From Hamiltosporidium tvaerminnensis FI-OER-3-3 (lineage: Eukaryota; Fungi; Microsporidia): a stretch of DNA of 64,000 bases. The notes under the pieces are model-generated. The model had not been told where the DNA came from. It saw nothing but the letters and a program-made list of their open reading frames with translations, and did not search any database. Where the stretch lies: positions 1,240,001-1,304,000 of the forward strand of contig CM061248.1 of the NCBI GenBank assembly GCA_022605425.2, in the 5' to 3' direction. Numbering within the stretch: the stretch's first letter is position 1; each line of letters opens with the position of its first letter. Shown here piece after piece: positions 62,943 through 64,000 of this stretch. The position numbers were made by a program, and so were the translations under genes.

Positions 62943-63392
62943 ATATATATAATTGGTTTATGATTAGAATCATTGGTTTCTATAAAAATACATTTTTCTG
63001 AAAATTTTGATATGGAACAGAAGTATCCTGTTTCTTAAAGAAATATGTTCGTTTTGAAAAAAAATATACTTTAAAGAAATGAAGCCATTTTTTTTATATT
63101 CTTATATGAAATAAACCATTGTTCTGTAATATTATACATTCCAAACTTAATTACAAAATAAAAAATAGGCAATTAAGTGGTTGTTACAGTTTCTAAATAA
63201 CTGTTCTTCTCATTCAATAATATATTTTAATATCAGTTTACTAAATAAAATATGAAAATGTTTATTAAAGTACTTCAAACTATATTCGATCATTATATTG
63301 AATTGTATATCTTGATGAACATAAAACCGTATTTAAAGTGGGTGGCTTATGAAAGATATAGCCATCTAATTTTAGATATTAAGTTTATTTAT

Positions 63393-63538
63393 GTTACTCT
63401 TAATACATGTAACCGATTGATATCTCAACTACAAAGTATATCCATCTTTGAAGCGAAGTCATTTCCTGTTACTGTTAATACATGTAACCAATTGATATCT
63501 CAACTACAAAGTATATCAATCTTTGAAGCAAAATCATT
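63393..63538 (+). repeat. 75-bp tandem duplication (two units)
   Basis: GTTACT(C/G)TTAATACATGTAACC at 63393 and 63468. Confidence 0.9.
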
Positions 63539-63913
63539 ATATTTCCCCTTTAAAAATAGTATAAATATCAAATATGGTATCTCATATGAAGCCATTTTTG
63601 CCGTAATTTATTTACATGGCAAGAATCTTTGTTTCCCAAAAAATATTTCAGTGTCAGATCTATAGTACTTTATAAGACACAAAGAATATTTCCGTTTAAA
63701 AACTTTAACCGTTTAAAAGACAAATTTTTGTATTCTCATTTCAATTTTTGTTTATCGAAATAGAGTTAAAAATATAAGAATATCTATAATAGCGGTTTAT
63801 AATTTATCATATATGTAAAAATATATTCTAACGTATAATATACACTTAAATATCTAATTAATGATTTATTTAAACAGAATATCTTAATTTCAATGTAAAT
63901 TTATAGATATCTA

Positions 63914-64000
63914 AAGAAATAAACTCTTATAAAATTATAAATCATAAAGAAATAAACTCTTATAAAATTATAAATCATAAAGAAATAAACTTTTATAAAT
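63914..64000 (+). repeat. 36-bp tandem repeat running to the window end
   Basis: AAAGAAATAAACTCTTATAAAATTATAAATCAT repeated. Confidence 0.75.

Noticed and set aside
63252-63665. 137-aa plus-strand ORF as a gene
   Set aside because: Length is inflated by the 75-bp duplication, there is no CCC motif and no recognisable domain.

Overview
Very AT-rich, gene-sparse eukaryotic DNA. It is most likely microsporidian (inference): the genes are intronless, a CCC motif sits just upstream of their start codons, and the decayed LRR families resemble those of large-genome species such as Hamiltosporidium. There are six intact host genes: a 1507-aa signal-peptide/C-terminal-TM protein, a TFIIIA-like C2H2 zinc-finger protein, a WD40 Utp17/WDR75-like protein, a PNUTS-like PP1 regulator, a hypothetical protein and a syntaxin-18/Ufe1-like SNARE. 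They sit among four or five decayed LRR-family genes and many mobile elements. These are R4/Dong-like RLE non-LTR retrotransposons (one intact, one frameshifted, four fragments; 13-bp TSDs where visible), a Ginger-like integrase DNA transposon with TIRs, and two non-autonomous Helitron relics. The strongest unexplained signal is a GC-enriched ~700-900 bp dispersed family with six full-length copies and two short variants that share its head. It has no long ORF, shows stems conserved by compensatory substitutions, and one copy has a ~12-bp TSD. It is a candidate structured-RNA/SINE-like element mobilised by the resident, almost UTR-less R4-like retrotransposon. All alignments were done by eye, so boundaries of degraded elements are approximate.
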